This document shows, piece after piece, positions 37,388-46,338 of a stretch of DNA of 64,000 nucleotides. Positions within the stretch are counted from its first letter, which is position 1, and each line of letters starts with the position of its first letter. A program made the translations under genes and the position numbers. Under the pieces are notes generated by a model. That model was not told where the DNA came from. It did no database searches and worked only from the letters and a program-made list of their open reading frames with translations. The stretch comes from a virus, in the IMG/VR virus record IMGVR_UViG_3300020438_004021, positions 32,001-96,000 of that record. The stretch is one strand, 5' to 3'.

Positions 37388-38305
37388 ATGAAATCAACAA
37401 CGGTAACAATCATATTATTTTTGCTATCATACACGATGGGATGCGAGACTCTGAAGGAGATAAATTCCCATCCGGAAAACACAGCATCAACCATAGTGGA
37501 CAGTGTGAGAGAGCAAAAAGAGCAGACGGACGAGATAACAGAGGCATCGAAAGAGATGGGTGGAAGTCTAGAAAAGATAGACAGTCACGCAGATTCGATT
37601 TTGGACGAGATAGCACTTGTCCCAGAGGACCCGAGTTACAACATAGACCCCACATTAAACTCGATAGAGAACTCAGCAGAGTCGATAAAAGAAGAGATAG
37701 ATTTTGCACAGAGGGAGCAGGTGAGGATAGACGAGGCATTAGAGGACCTAGAGTCCGCAAATGCAAGGGTATCCGCTGCCGTAGGTCAAATAGAGCAGTT
37801 AGAAGACCTAGTAGCAGACTACGAACAGTCCGATAGGGAAGTTCGTAAAGAAGCACTAGAGAACTTACATAGCTTCATCACTTTATTCTTCGTGATAGGC
37901 TTCGGTATGCTCATAGGTGGTGCATTTCTAACATTTTGGGTAAATAGCAAACTGGGTGGGGTAATTCTAGCGATAGGTGTCCTCACTGTAGGGTTTGCAG
38001 CCGCCTCACAATATTACCTTGAAGAAATAGCAGTAGTCGGTCTTGTCGTGTTAGTAATAGGATTCTTAGCATCTCTAGGTGTAGTAGGATGGATGTTGGT
38101 CGATGGTAGAAATGATAAGAAGGCTATTGCTGAAATAGTAGAGCTTATCGAAGAGACTAAAGACCATCTGACACTAGAAGAAAGACAAGAAATCTTCGGT
38201 AGAGATGGTTTCGCATCTAGAATGACTAGCGACCTTACTAAGAAGATTATTGCTCAGGTAAAAATTAAGAACGGATTCAAGAACCTATCTAGGAAGAAGG
38301 TCTAG
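37388..38305 (+). CDS. Putative lipoprotein with long coiled coil and C-terminal TM helices
   Basis: GGAG SD; MKSTTVTIILFLLSYTMGC lipobox-like; heptad region; about three hydrophobic segments. Confidence 0.65.
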   Translation: MKSTTVTIILFLLSYTMGCETLKEINSHPENTASTIVDSVREQKEQTDEITEASKEMGGSLEKIDSHADSILDEIALVPEDPSYNIDPTLNSIENSAESIKEEIDFAQREQVRIDEALEDLESANARVSAAVGQIEQLEDLVADYEQSDREVRKEALENLHSFITLFFVIGFGMLIGGAFLTFWVNSKLGGVILAIGVLTVGFAAASQYYLEEIAVVGLVVLVIGFLASLGVVGWMLVDGRNDKKAIAEIVELIEETKDHLTLEERQEIFGRDGFASRMTSDLTKKIIAQVKIKNGFKNLSRKKV

Positions 38306-38848
38306 GGTCTCGAAATAGAGGTACTTACAGATGAAGTAGGCATCCACGATATCGCTGACTGGATTCCCCACTTTTTCCCTTCTGGGTGTCATCTCTTCGT
38401 GAAGATTTATTCCGGTTTCTTTAAACCAGGCATCATGCATTTTATCTTTGGTTGCACTACCGCTTCCTGTAGCAAACTTCTTAACTTGAGGTGGTGTCAC
38501 GGTATCGAATTTGGTATTAGAACCCCAAAGTTTATGCTTCAATATGCCAGTATTCTCAGCAACGTCGAATACTCTACCGGTTGCTGCAAAAGCATAACCT
38601 TCCAACATAACGTGGTCGAATGACATTATCCTCTTCATCGCCCAATGGGAAATCATATCAAATCTTTCCTCTTGGCATTTATATTCTTTCAATAAGGACC
38701 CATGTATCATGCCACTAAGGTGTTTACATGCTAGCCTTTTGGTCTTAGTTAAAAAATAAAAACTGCAGTTGTTGAAATCCCAGCGCTCACCAATGTGAGT
38801 ACACAATGCTGGACTGGTCATGCTGTAATCTATGCCTGCTATTCTCAT
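38285..38848 (-). CDS. RuvC-like RNase H-fold nuclease/resolvase
   Basis: IAGIDYSMTSP, LEGYAF, AENTGILK, VKKFATGSGSATK, SDIVDAY. Confidence 0.8.
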   Translation of the reverse strand: MRIAGIDYSMTSPALCTHIGERWDFNNCSFYFLTKTKRLACKHLSGMIHGSLLKEYKCQEERFDMISHWAMKRIMSFDHVMLEGYAFAATGRVFDVAENTGILKHKLWGSNTKFDTVTPPQVKKFATGSGSATKDKMHDAWFKETGINLHEEMTPRREKVGNPVSDIVDAYFICKYLYFETLDLLPR

Positions 38849-38953
38849 ACTTTTATTTATTAAGATAAGACAATTTTTCCAATTATTAAACCAGTGCAGA
38901 ACCCCATGATTATAACTACGATTCCGGCTGGAGTTTGTGATAATTGTATCTTT

Positions 38954-39712
38954 CTATCTAACCATTCTTTCAATTTTGCGTTCACTGTCAATTTCCTCTC
39001 TAATCCAATTATAGACGACATCCACTCTTATAGCGGAGTTTTCATATATCATATCTCTATACATGCTGAAGGTCGAGATTATTCCTACCACTACGAACCT
39101 GTTATCGATTAGCATGAATACCGGACCACCAGAATCACCAAACCATACAGAACCTCCCATCGGAAGCATCTTCATTCCAGTGGGTTCGCTCTCTAGAGTT
39201 CCATAATAGAATAGTGTATTCAACTCGCTTCTCTTTTTAAATCCTCTAGAGTATCCAACTGATATCACCGGTGTGCCTTTTCTGACATCTAATAGTGGTT
39301 TAGAATTGATTCCAGATGGGAATATTCCACGAACGTAGGTATCTAGAACGATGACTGCCACATCATATCCCACCTTCATGTCAGCATTGTACTGCGGATG
39401 TTTGGTAGCACATTTGATGCTATACATTTCGTCACCAAATTGTACATAGGACTCGTCATTGGAAATGCAATGAGCAGCCGTAAGCACTATATCTTGCTCG
39501 ATAAGGACTACCGAGCATTTGGGTCTCATGTCTCCAGATAGAAGTCTGCCTACCGATGGATAGTCATCTTCCGTTATGGTTATAAAACCTTCTATACTCG
39601 GAACTATTTCTTTTTTAGGGGGTGGACTCTCTGCACTGGGTTTCACCGTTTTGGCAGCGCATCCCGTAAAGCATAATAAAAGGGCTGATAGATAAACTAT
39701 CTTTCTTAACAT
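38954..39712 (-). CDS. Trypsin-like serine protease, lipoprotein signal
   Basis: FTGC lipobox; LTAAHC, DVAV, GDSGGP triad; minus-strand TATAAATA at 39721-39728. Confidence 0.88.
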   Translation of the reverse strand: MLRKIVYLSALLLCFTGCAAKTVKPSAESPPPKKEIVPSIEGFITITEDDYPSVGRLLSGDMRPKCSVVLIEQDIVLTAAHCISNDESYVQFGDEMYSIKCATKHPQYNADMKVGYDVAVIVLDTYVRGIFPSGINSKPLLDVRKGTPVISVGYSRGFKKRSELNTLFYYGTLESEPTGMKMLPMGGSVWFGDSGGPVFMLIDNRFVVVGIISTFSMYRDMIYENSAIRVDVVYNWIREEIDSERKIERMVR

Positions 39713-39719
39713 GTCCTCT

Positions 39720-40619
39720 TTATTTATAAGAAAAAACGGCTTCCGTGGAAGTTAGGTCGTCTACCTCTTCCTTCCTAAGTCTTCTTCCTACTATCCAAAA
39801 CAACGTCTTCTCCTTGGAGACATCGATATTTTCCCTCATCCATTTATGTGCTTTTCCTTCATAGATGTCGTCTATGAGTTCTCCGTTCACTTCTTCCCAT
39901 ATGGATTTAGAGTAGGCATCCTTAGTCAGGTGTATCTCATACTCTGGGAATTCCAGCACCTCTTGGGGAAAATTCTCATACCTAAACCTGTCTAAGTGTT
40001 GATTAATTGACTTGGTCCTATCGCAGAAGGCTATACCTATGACCCTCTTGACCTTTTTATTAAACTTATGTAGACCCCTGATAATGCCCGCGAACTGGAT
40101 TCCACTACCAACAGGTATTACTAGGTTGTCTAGTTCGTCTGGGATATTTTCTACCTGGTTGGTGACCCCATCGAATATAGCCTCTGGGTTACTCTCGAGG
40201 CTGATCGCGAACTTGATTAATTTATAATTATTATTCGCTATAATCTTCTTCTTAGCACCTGCGTCTATTGCGGTAGTCATACCGTGACCGGCTACGATTC
40301 GTATTTCCGAACCATAGTGCCTGGTCAACCGCATAATATGATGTTTATATAGGGTGTCTTCTTTACAACCACCGACGGCTACTACACACTTAATCCCATA
40401 CTCTTTCGCTACTTTTGCTATAATGGCACTTTGTGGGCTATGGACCGAACTTGCGGTTACAACCCCACCATTGTGGTTCTCGATTATGTCATCTCTGATT
40501 TCATCGAATAGTTGTACTGCCTGCCTTACCTTACCACCATTGATATGGTTGATTCCGTATGGGGCATATAAATCATCCCTCTTGTAGTATACGTCGCCAT
40601 GTTTTTGGATAGGGGTCAT
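39720..40619 (-). CDS. PLP-dependent enzyme (ACC deaminase/D-cysteine desulfhydrase fold)
   Basis: TPIQ...KRDDL...GGKVRQ, SPQ, IPVGSG, IYEGKA, LFWIVG. Confidence 0.8.
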   Translation of the reverse strand: MTPIQKHGDVYYKRDDLYAPYGINHINGGKVRQAVQLFDEIRDDIIENHNGGVVTASSVHSPQSAIIAKVAKEYGIKCVVAVGGCKEDTLYKHHIMRLTRHYGSEIRIVAGHGMTTAIDAGAKKKIIANNNYKLIKFAISLESNPEAIFDGVTNQVENIPDELDNLVIPVGSGIQFAGIIRGLHKFNKKVKRVIGIAFCDRTKSINQHLDRFRYENFPQEVLEFPEYEIHLTKDAYSKSIWEEVNGELIDDIYEGKAHKWMRENIDVSKEKTLFWIVGRRLRKEEVDDLTSTEAVFSYK

Positions 40620-40656
40620 CATCTTGAGTATTTATTCTGGATGCCCAAAAGGTACA

Positions 40657-40781
40657 ATACCCCCCTTCCTGATATCACGAGGGCATATACCACTCCTTGT
40701 ATATGCCCCCAAGGATATACCACCCATTGTATATGCCCTTCTCGGGTATCTCTGAACCCCCTTCCTGATATCAGGAAGGGG
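40657..40781. repeat. Palindromic operator-like array (A-B-B-A)
   Basis: CCCTTCCTGATATCACGAGGG, two ATATACCACnCnTTGTATAT, perfect 24-bp palindrome CCCCTTCCTGATATCAGGAAGGGG (40758-40781). Confidence 0.8.
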
Positions 40782-40818
40782 TATGACGATCGTATGTCAG
40801 CTGGCATCAATAAAGGGC

Positions 40819-40847
40819 TTGACAGAAGAGCTCCGGTATGATCTAAT
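40819..40847 (+). promoter_or_regulatory. Sigma70-type early promoter
   Basis: TTGACAGAAGAGCTCCGGTATGATCTAAT, one mismatch to the promoter at 7637. Confidence 0.85.
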
Positions 40848-40906
40848 GGGGGTTCAGGAATTGGGGAAAGACCCCCTTTGAAACCACCATACGGAGACCC
40901 AAAAAT

Positions 40907-42289
40907 ATGGCAACCAAGCAATCGAGACAAAATAGAGCTGACTTCATCAAAGCGATGAAGGAGGCAGGACTTACTTCACCTGTCACCCGTGAACAGGTCA
41001 GGGAAGTCTGCGATTCCACGGGCATCTATGCGGTTCCGCCATCATGGATTACGTACGATGCTTCCCGCAAGACCGGTGCTCTCGGCGAGTACCACATCCC
41101 AGAACTCTCCGAAGGTGCTACCACAACCGCACCCGCCAAGGAGGCAGCACCCATGACTGCTACTATCGTCACCAATAAGGTGAAAACCGCTGATGTCTGC
41201 GATACCACTATGGCACTCGCAATGACTGGTGGTGAGAGCGAGACTCTCGTCCCAGAGCGAATCAGCACTTACGTTCCTTGGGGTCACTTCAAGGACATCG
41301 AGCAAATCATTCGTGCGAAGATGTTCTACCCTTGCTTCATCACTGGTCTGTCCGGCAACGGCAAGACCACGATGGTTGACCAGGTTTGTGCGAAGCTCAA
41401 GCGAGAGCTGTTCCGCATCAACATCACTACTCAGACCGATGAGGACGATTTGCTTGGTGGTTTCCGTCTCATCAACGGTGAGACCAAGTGGTGTGATGGT
41501 CCTGTCGTGAAGGCGATGAAGCAGGGTGGAATTCTTCTCCTCGACGAAATCGACCTTGCGTCACATGCAATCATGTGCCTGCAGCCGGTTCTGGAAGGCA
41601 AGGGTGTCTTCCTCAAGAAGATTGGTCAATGGGTCAAGCCCGCAGCCGGTTTCCAGATTTTCGCTACTGCCAATACCAAGGGTAAGGGCAGCGATGATGG
41701 TCGGTTCATCGGGACCAACGTTCTCAATGAGGCATTCCTCGACCGATTCTCAGTTTGCTTTGAGCAGGCATACGCTCCCAAGAAGGTGGAGCAGAAGATT
41801 CTCACCAAGGCGATGCAATCGCTCGACTGCGAGGACAAGGACTTCACCAAGAAGCTGGTTGACTGGGCAGACATGATTCGTAAGTGCTTCTACGAGGATG
41901 CGGTTGATGAAATCATCACCACACGCCGTCTGGTCAACGTTGCTACGGCATTCTCCATCTTTGGTGACCGTGCCAAGGCAGTTGAGATGGCAGTCACCCG
42001 ATTCGATGACTCCACCAAGGAGGCCTTCCTCACGATGTACGGCAAGATTGATGCCGACACCATCGTGGGCGAGGAGGAGATGGAGGTGGTCGACTACGAA
42101 ACCGCAGAACGTTTCGACATTGACGTGTCTTTTGACGACAAGGACGAAGCGAAGAGACTGGGTGCTAGGTGGGACGTTCCCAAGAAGCAGTGGTATGTCG
42201 AAGGCGACAAGTACCGCAAGAATCCCGAAAGATGGGTAAGATGGAATCCGGTAGCCGTTTCTACCTCCTCCACTCCCGCACCGTTTTGA
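40907..42289 (+). CDS. MoxR/CobS-like AAA+ ATPase with C-terminal DUF5710-like domain
   Basis: GLSGNGKT, ETD-like QTDEDDLLGG, LLLDEID, ATANTKG, NEAFLDRF, TTRRL; tail VSFDDKDEAKRLGARWD...WYV. Confidence 0.9.
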   Translation: MATKQSRQNRADFIKAMKEAGLTSPVTREQVREVCDSTGIYAVPPSWITYDASRKTGALGEYHIPELSEGATTTAPAKEAAPMTATIVTNKVKTADVCDTTMALAMTGGESETLVPERISTYVPWGHFKDIEQIIRAKMFYPCFITGLSGNGKTTMVDQVCAKLKRELFRINITTQTDEDDLLGGFRLINGETKWCDGPVVKAMKQGGILLLDEIDLASHAIMCLQPVLEGKGVFLKKIGQWVKPAAGFQIFATANTKGKGSDDGRFIGTNVLNEAFLDRFSVCFEQAYAPKKVEQKILTKAMQSLDCEDKDFTKKLVDWADMIRKCFYEDAVDEIITTRRLVNVATAFSIFGDRAKAVEMAVTRFDDSTKEAFLTMYGKIDADTIVGEEEMEVVDYETAERFDIDVSFDDKDEAKRLGARWDVPKKQWYVEGDKYRKNPERWVRWNPVAVSTSSTPAPF

Positions 42290-42297
42290 ACGAAGCC

Positions 42298-42326
42298 TTG
42301 ACAGAAGTAAGGAGCCATGATCTAAT
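42298..42326 (+). promoter_or_regulatory. Sigma70-type early promoter
   Basis: TTGACA-17 nt-TCTAAT with TG extension. Confidence 0.8.
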
Positions 42327-42333
42327 GGGTGCT

Positions 42334-42471
42334 ATGAAAGAATTTTTGATGTGGTGTGAGGATAAAGGCTACTATGAGTGGTCTGACCTCAAAGACGACT
42401 ACGAGTGGGTCGGAGGTAAGACTCATTCAGAAGCAATGAGTGAATGGATGAAAGAGGAGGTTGGAGGATGA
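42334..42471 (+). CDS. Small hypothetical protein (possibly leaderless)
   Basis: ATG 7 nt after the -10 box; MKEFLMWCEDKGYYEW. Confidence 0.55.
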   Translation: MKEFLMWCEDKGYYEWSDLKDDYEWVGGKTHSEAMSEWMKEEVGG

Positions 42472-42722
42472 TAGTGCTTGATGATTTTGATACCCAAATC
42501 CAGTGCGAGGATTATTGGTATGATGACTACGATGGCATCCCCACAGATGACATCATCGATGACGATGATGAGGACGTTCTCGATGATACTGATGAACACG
42601 ACGCTGTTTGGGATGACGATGATGAAGATGGCTTCGTAAGCACTCTGATTGACGGAAATGGGATTACCGCCGAAGGTTATAACTACCTTCATGAACTTGA
42701 TACCAATGGTTACTTTGTTTGA
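42468..42722 (+). CDS. Highly acidic small protein
   Basis: GGAGG SD; very Asp/Glu-rich with no Lys/Arg from the 42468 start. Confidence 0.6.
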   Translation: MIVLDDFDTQIQCEDYWYDDYDGIPTDDIIDDDDEDVLDDTDEHDAVWDDDDEDGFVSTLIDGNGITAEGYNYLHELDTNGYFV

Positions 42723-42736
42723 AGGAGAAAATCAAA

Positions 42737-43060
42737 ATGAATAGTAACACACCTAACCCAGAATGGGCATATGACAACCTCACCGAATCACAGAAGCGTT
42801 ATGTGGAAATGATTCTTACACACGGACCAGACCTAGGTGTAGACTGCACCAAGGGTTCATTTTGTCGTGCCGAGCTGCGAGCGGTATCTCGCTCGTTTAA
42901 GACAAATGATGACATTCCTAACTGGATTGTTAAGACCAAGGAACGCAGAGCAGATGTGGGTGTCTATTACGTGCCTGAAGTTGCAGAGCACCAAACCCAT
43001 GTCCTAGGTGAGCAACCATCAGATGTCGAGGTTGAGACAATGGAAGAAGTAGCCGTCTAG
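42737..43060 (+). CDS. Hypothetical protein resembling the N-domain of the MoxR ATPase
   Basis: AAGGAG SD; RAEL...PNWIVK..RR..GVYYVPE versus REQV...PSWITY..RK..GEYHIPE. Confidence 0.65.
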   Translation: MNSNTPNPEWAYDNLTESQKRYVEMILTHGPDLGVDCTKGSFCRAELRAVSRSFKTNDDIPNWIVKTKERRADVGVYYVPEVAEHQTHVLGEQPSDVEVETMEEVAV

Positions 43061-43072
43061 TACGGTGGTTAA

Positions 43073-43145
43073 AGGCTGGTAGCTCAGCGGTTAGAGCACC
43101 CGACTCATAATCGGTTAGTCGTCGGTTCGAATCCGACCCAGCCTA
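43073..43145 (+). tRNA. tRNA with CAT anticodon, probably tRNA-Ile2 (lysidine)
   Basis: AGGCTGG/CCAGCCT acceptor; CGACTCATAATCG anticodon arm as in E. coli ileX; TTCGAAT T-loop. Confidence 0.85.
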
Positions 43146-43158
43146 TTTGGAGAACAAA

Positions 43159-43344
43159 ATGGAAATCACACAAGAGCAGGCAAATAAGTTTTTGAACTGG
43201 TTACGAGAAAGTGGTAAGACTAACATGTTTGGTGCTACCCCCTACCTGCAGAAAAAGTTTAAAATCAACAGGTATGATGCACAAAGGTTTCTTATCAACT
43301 GGATGGACATGGACAATTTCGACAAGGACAAGACCCAAGGATGA
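43159..43344 (+). CDS. Small hypothetical protein
   Basis: FLNWLRESGKTNMFGATPYL motif; GGAG SD. Confidence 0.7.
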   Translation: MEITQEQANKFLNWLRESGKTNMFGATPYLQKKFKINRYDAQRFLINWMDMDNFDKDKTQG

Positions 43345-43694
43345 ACACAGACCACCCATATTCCAACCATGCTGGTCATAAGGTATGGTCCCTGATTAAG
43401 GATGGGGCCGTTTATGTTTTCAGACAGTATTATGAAGGTGGAAAGATTGAGATATGTGAGCCGGATGGTGAGGTACTCAAATTGACTGCTGAGCATGCTA
43501 GGGTGGTCTGGGAAACCCTAATCAGCTACGGATTCGTGGTCCAGAATGCATGCCATCACTGGGGTATGGATGAATTCAACAAGATGAAGAGAGAAGAAGA
43601 AATGAAATCTGTCTACCAACTTGGTAATAGGAAAGACAGAAGGAAAAAAGAATGGTTCGACAAGGTACTCAAAAATTATGCACTGGAGGCATGA
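43341..43694 (+). CDS. Hypothetical protein
   Basis: Tightly packed co-directional ORF, ATGA overlap. Confidence 0.6.
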   Translation: MNTDHPYSNHAGHKVWSLIKDGAVYVFRQYYEGGKIEICEPDGEVLKLTAEHARVVWETLISYGFVVQNACHHWGMDEFNKMKREEEMKSVYQLGNRKDRRKKEWFDKVLKNYALEA

Positions 43695-43695
43695 A

Positions 43696-43959
43696 ATGAA
43701 CGACAACCACCCCACAACTACTTTTGTCCTTAGTGACGCAATCGATGCACTTCGTACCTCTGAGGAGAGGATGCAGGACCCCTTTGCACCAATCGAGCAG
43801 ATGGTCGGAATGTTGCAGGCAACTCTGGCAATCATCATGAGGCTTACCAGCAGTTACGACGAGTCGAACTTCACTGGTGAAGAGATTGATTTGGTACACA
43901 GGGTAACTACATTGGCATCTGAAATCACGAACGAAATGTTCACCGGAGAGAACCCATGA
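43696..43959 (+). CDS. Hypothetical protein
   Basis: GGAGG SD, packed ORF. Confidence 0.55.
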   Translation: MNDNHPTTTFVLSDAIDALRTSEERMQDPFAPIEQMVGMLQATLAIIMRLTSSYDESNFTGEEIDLVHRVTTLASEITNEMFTGENP

Positions 43960-44231
43960 ATAAATCGATAATCGAAATTGAATACGATGAGTCCTACAAC
44001 ACAGAGAAGAAAAGAGTCGTGGACCCAAAGAACAGTAAGAGATGGCATTATAAAGACATAAAGGTTGACGATCCCAAGGCATGGGAAATCATCACAGTGG
44101 AAAATAATGTGACCTTGGTTCCCGGTTACCGGCTCAATAAGAAGCAAGTAGAGGTACTTTGTAAGAACACTAGGTATGACGTGAGAATTGGGATGCCGGG
44201 TCAGTTTCGTGTCAGCAATAGCAGGTATTGA
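43956..44231 (+). CDS. Hypothetical protein
   Basis: ATGA overlap, GGAG SD. Confidence 0.6.
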   Translation: MNKSIIEIEYDESYNTEKKRVVDPKNSKRWHYKDIKVDDPKAWEIITVENNVTLVPGYRLNKKQVEVLCKNTRYDVRIGMPGQFRVSNSRY

Positions 44232-44233
44232 TT

Positions 44234-44548
44234 ATGAAAATCATCGTTGAAGAAGAGTATGGTTATCGTTACTGGGTGTGGGAGCTTAAGGCATCCTCTA
44301 GGGTTGGTGTTGAAAGACACTTTAGTAAGACGACAGGTGCATCGGGAGACGATTATTGGTATTGTACTGGAAAACCAGAGGACCACTTCACAATCGGCGA
44401 GTGGAAGCAGGTGGAGTTTCCAGAATACAAGGTCATGGTTGATAAAGATGATTATGATGCGGCTGCTCACATTCATCAGAACGATGACAGTTGGATTAGT
44501 TTTAGGGACGACCCAGTACACTGTATAGACACAGGAGAGGACGTTTAA
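44234..44548 (+). CDS. Hypothetical protein
   Basis: Packed ORF MKIIVEEEYGYRYWVW. Confidence 0.6.
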   Translation: MKIIVEEEYGYRYWVWELKASSRVGVERHFSKTTGASGDDYWYCTGKPEDHFTIGEWKQVEFPEYKVMVDKDDYDAAAHIHQNDDSWISFRDDPVHCIDTGEDV

Positions 44549-45129
44549 TGGCATTTAAAGTATTTGACGATTTCATCGATGAAGGATACCGAGACTTAGT
44601 AGAGAATATGATGCTTAACACGCACTGGATGTATCAAAAGCATATGGATTATGACAATGATAAGGTTCTGGTAGATGGTGCTGACTCCTATTCTCAGTTT
44701 TCAAGTGTCATTTTTCACCACGGTTCCGTTAGTAACAACCACCTTCATGGCATCTTACTTCCAATGGTTAGTAAGGTGATTAATGAAGAGCTTAAAGGTT
44801 ACGACCTAGCGAGGTCCAGAGCGATACTTCAGGTTCCTAATGTAGCGAGACCCGAAATGTATGTGCCTCACATAGACTTCGATAGTAGATACATTATGAG
44901 CGTAATTTATTATGCTTGTGACTCTGACGGGGATACCGTACTCTTCGAAGAATCTGGATTTGACGTTAGTATGGAGGATAGAGGAGAACATAGTTTCAAA
45001 GAGGTGGATAGGGTCTCCCCCAAGAAGGGCAGACTGGTGATTTTTCCCTCAGACGAGTACCATTGTGGTTCTCCTCCCTCCAAGTCCAACAGAATGTTGG
45101 TTAATTTTAATTTTGAAAGGAATGCATGA
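44548..45129 (+). CDS. 2OG-Fe(II) oxygenase
   Basis: PHID...IYYACDSDGDT...VSPKKGRLVIF...YHCGS...RMLVNFN. Confidence 0.85.
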   Translation: MAFKVFDDFIDEGYRDLVENMMLNTHWMYQKHMDYDNDKVLVDGADSYSQFSSVIFHHGSVSNNHLHGILLPMVSKVINEELKGYDLARSRAILQVPNVARPEMYVPHIDFDSRYIMSVIYYACDSDGDTVLFEESGFDVSMEDRGEHSFKEVDRVSPKKGRLVIFPSDEYHCGSPPSKSNRMLVNFNFERNA

Positions 45130-45458
45130 TGGCTGGACACGCAATTTTCGTATTTAATAACAATGAGCAGAGAGAAAAATTCTTCTCTCACAGTATCCTC
45201 GAGAAGCATTCTGTCAATGAGGACACGATGGATACCGATGCTAACTGCAGAATTCGCATACCTACTGGTAACTGGAGGACTAGCGACAACCCGCTCAAGG
45301 TTCAGAAGCGGCTGCTCGAGGTAGCAGATGTGGCTAAGACGTTCGGTGCTGAATGCCATTTGGACTGTGGTGGTGATAATATGACCGACTGCAATAACCA
45401 TGAGGTGAGCTGCGGACGGCTATGCGACTTCTGCATGTTTGAGGAAAATAGGGGTTGA
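45126..45458 (+). CDS. Hypothetical Cys-rich protein
   Basis: ATGA overlap; C-terminal Cys cluster. Confidence 0.55.
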   Translation: MMAGHAIFVFNNNEQREKFFSHSILEKHSVNEDTMDTDANCRIRIPTGNWRTSDNPLKVQKRLLEVADVAKTFGAECHLDCGGDNMTDCNNHEVSCGRLCDFCMFEENRG

Positions 45459-45483
45459 CAGAAGAAAGAAGCCATGGTATAAT
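45455..45483 (+). promoter_or_regulatory. Sigma70-type early promoter
   Basis: TTGACA-17 nt-TATAAT with TG extension (perfect consensus). Confidence 0.85.
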
Positions 45484-45509
45484 GGGTTTTCAACAGTGAA
45501 GGAAAAACG

Positions 45510-45857
45510 ATGACAGTACAGACTAAAGAATACAAAAAAGAAGTCCGAATGGCTGGTCCCACCAGACTTCTGGACATGGATGAAACGACAATCTCAGACA
45601 TTTATAGTTGTCTGAACGAAGGAATTTGTGAAATCAAGTACACTGGTCCTGATGGAGAAGAGGAAATCAGGTCATGCACTCTAAGAGGTTCATGGGTTCA
45701 GAATGACATGAAGAATGACTGGGTTGACCATGAGTATGAAAAAGGAATCATGGTAGTCTGGGATATGAGCGGAGATGAATGGAGAGGTGGGTCTTGGACT
45801 CAGATTCCAATCGACCGAATCACTTTCGTTGAGCAGCTTACTGGAGTACACAGATGA
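45510..45857 (+). CDS. WYL_2/Sm-like SH3-fold phage protein
   Basis: LNEGICEIKYTGPDGEEEIRSCTL...VVWDM...WTQIPIDRITFV. Confidence 0.6.
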   Translation: MTVQTKEYKKEVRMAGPTRLLDMDETTISDIYSCLNEGICEIKYTGPDGEEEIRSCTLRGSWVQNDMKNDWVDHEYEKGIMVVWDMSGDEWRGGSWTQIPIDRITFVEQLTGVHR

Positions 45858-46069
45858 GTTTTGATTACCAAGTTGGAGACAAAGCAGTTGACAAGCAGTC
45901 CATGAGAATGGGTACAATCATTGATTTGGTTGAAGAGTTTAATGAATCTGGCGAAAGCACATATAACGCCGCCAAGATTGATTTTGGAGACGGTACTACA
46001 GAATGGGTGAATGGTGAAAATATGACCAAACTGCTTCTAGAAGATTGTACGGATGCCCCCTCGTCATAA
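45854..46069 (+). CDS. Small SH3-like hypothetical protein
   Basis: YQVGDKAVD...GTII...KIDFGDGTTEWV. Confidence 0.6.
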   Translation: MSFDYQVGDKAVDKQSMRMGTIIDLVEEFNESGESTYNAAKIDFGDGTTEWVNGENMTKLLLEDCTDAPSS

Positions 46070-46105
46070 ATAAGGTAGATAAGAACCTCGAAAAAGGAGG
46101 TCACG

Positions 46106-46324
46106 ATGCCTAACGAGAGGAAAAAGAAGAAAGTCTGGACAGAACCAGAGGACAAATCGCAGTGGTTACTAGATTTGATTGATGCCGGAGAATCGGTGGT
46201 AGTTGGATATGAGAAATACTTGATGAATAAACTTGACTACAACCAGCTGGCACAACTCATGCTTCAACTGCGTGAGCTGCTTCCGATGTCCCTTGAGGAC
46301 AAAATGGAAAAAGACCCAGAGTGA
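46106..46324 (+). CDS. Hypothetical protein
   Basis: AAGGAGG SD. Confidence 0.65.
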   Translation: MPNERKKKKVWTEPEDKSQWLLDLIDAGESVVVGYEKYLMNKLDYNQLAQLMLQLRELLPMSLEDKMEKDPE

Positions 46325-46338
46325 ACTTCGTAATGCAT

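Noticed and set aside
37315-37836. 173-aa ORF overlapping 37388-38305
   Set aside because: Arg-rich shadow frame; the 37388 frame has a GGAG SD and coherent domain structure
40907-42289. Cobalamin biosynthesis (cobS/cobT) supporting NrdJ
   Set aside because: Motifs show only a MoxR AAA+ and a VWA protein; no cobN or other cob genes in the window
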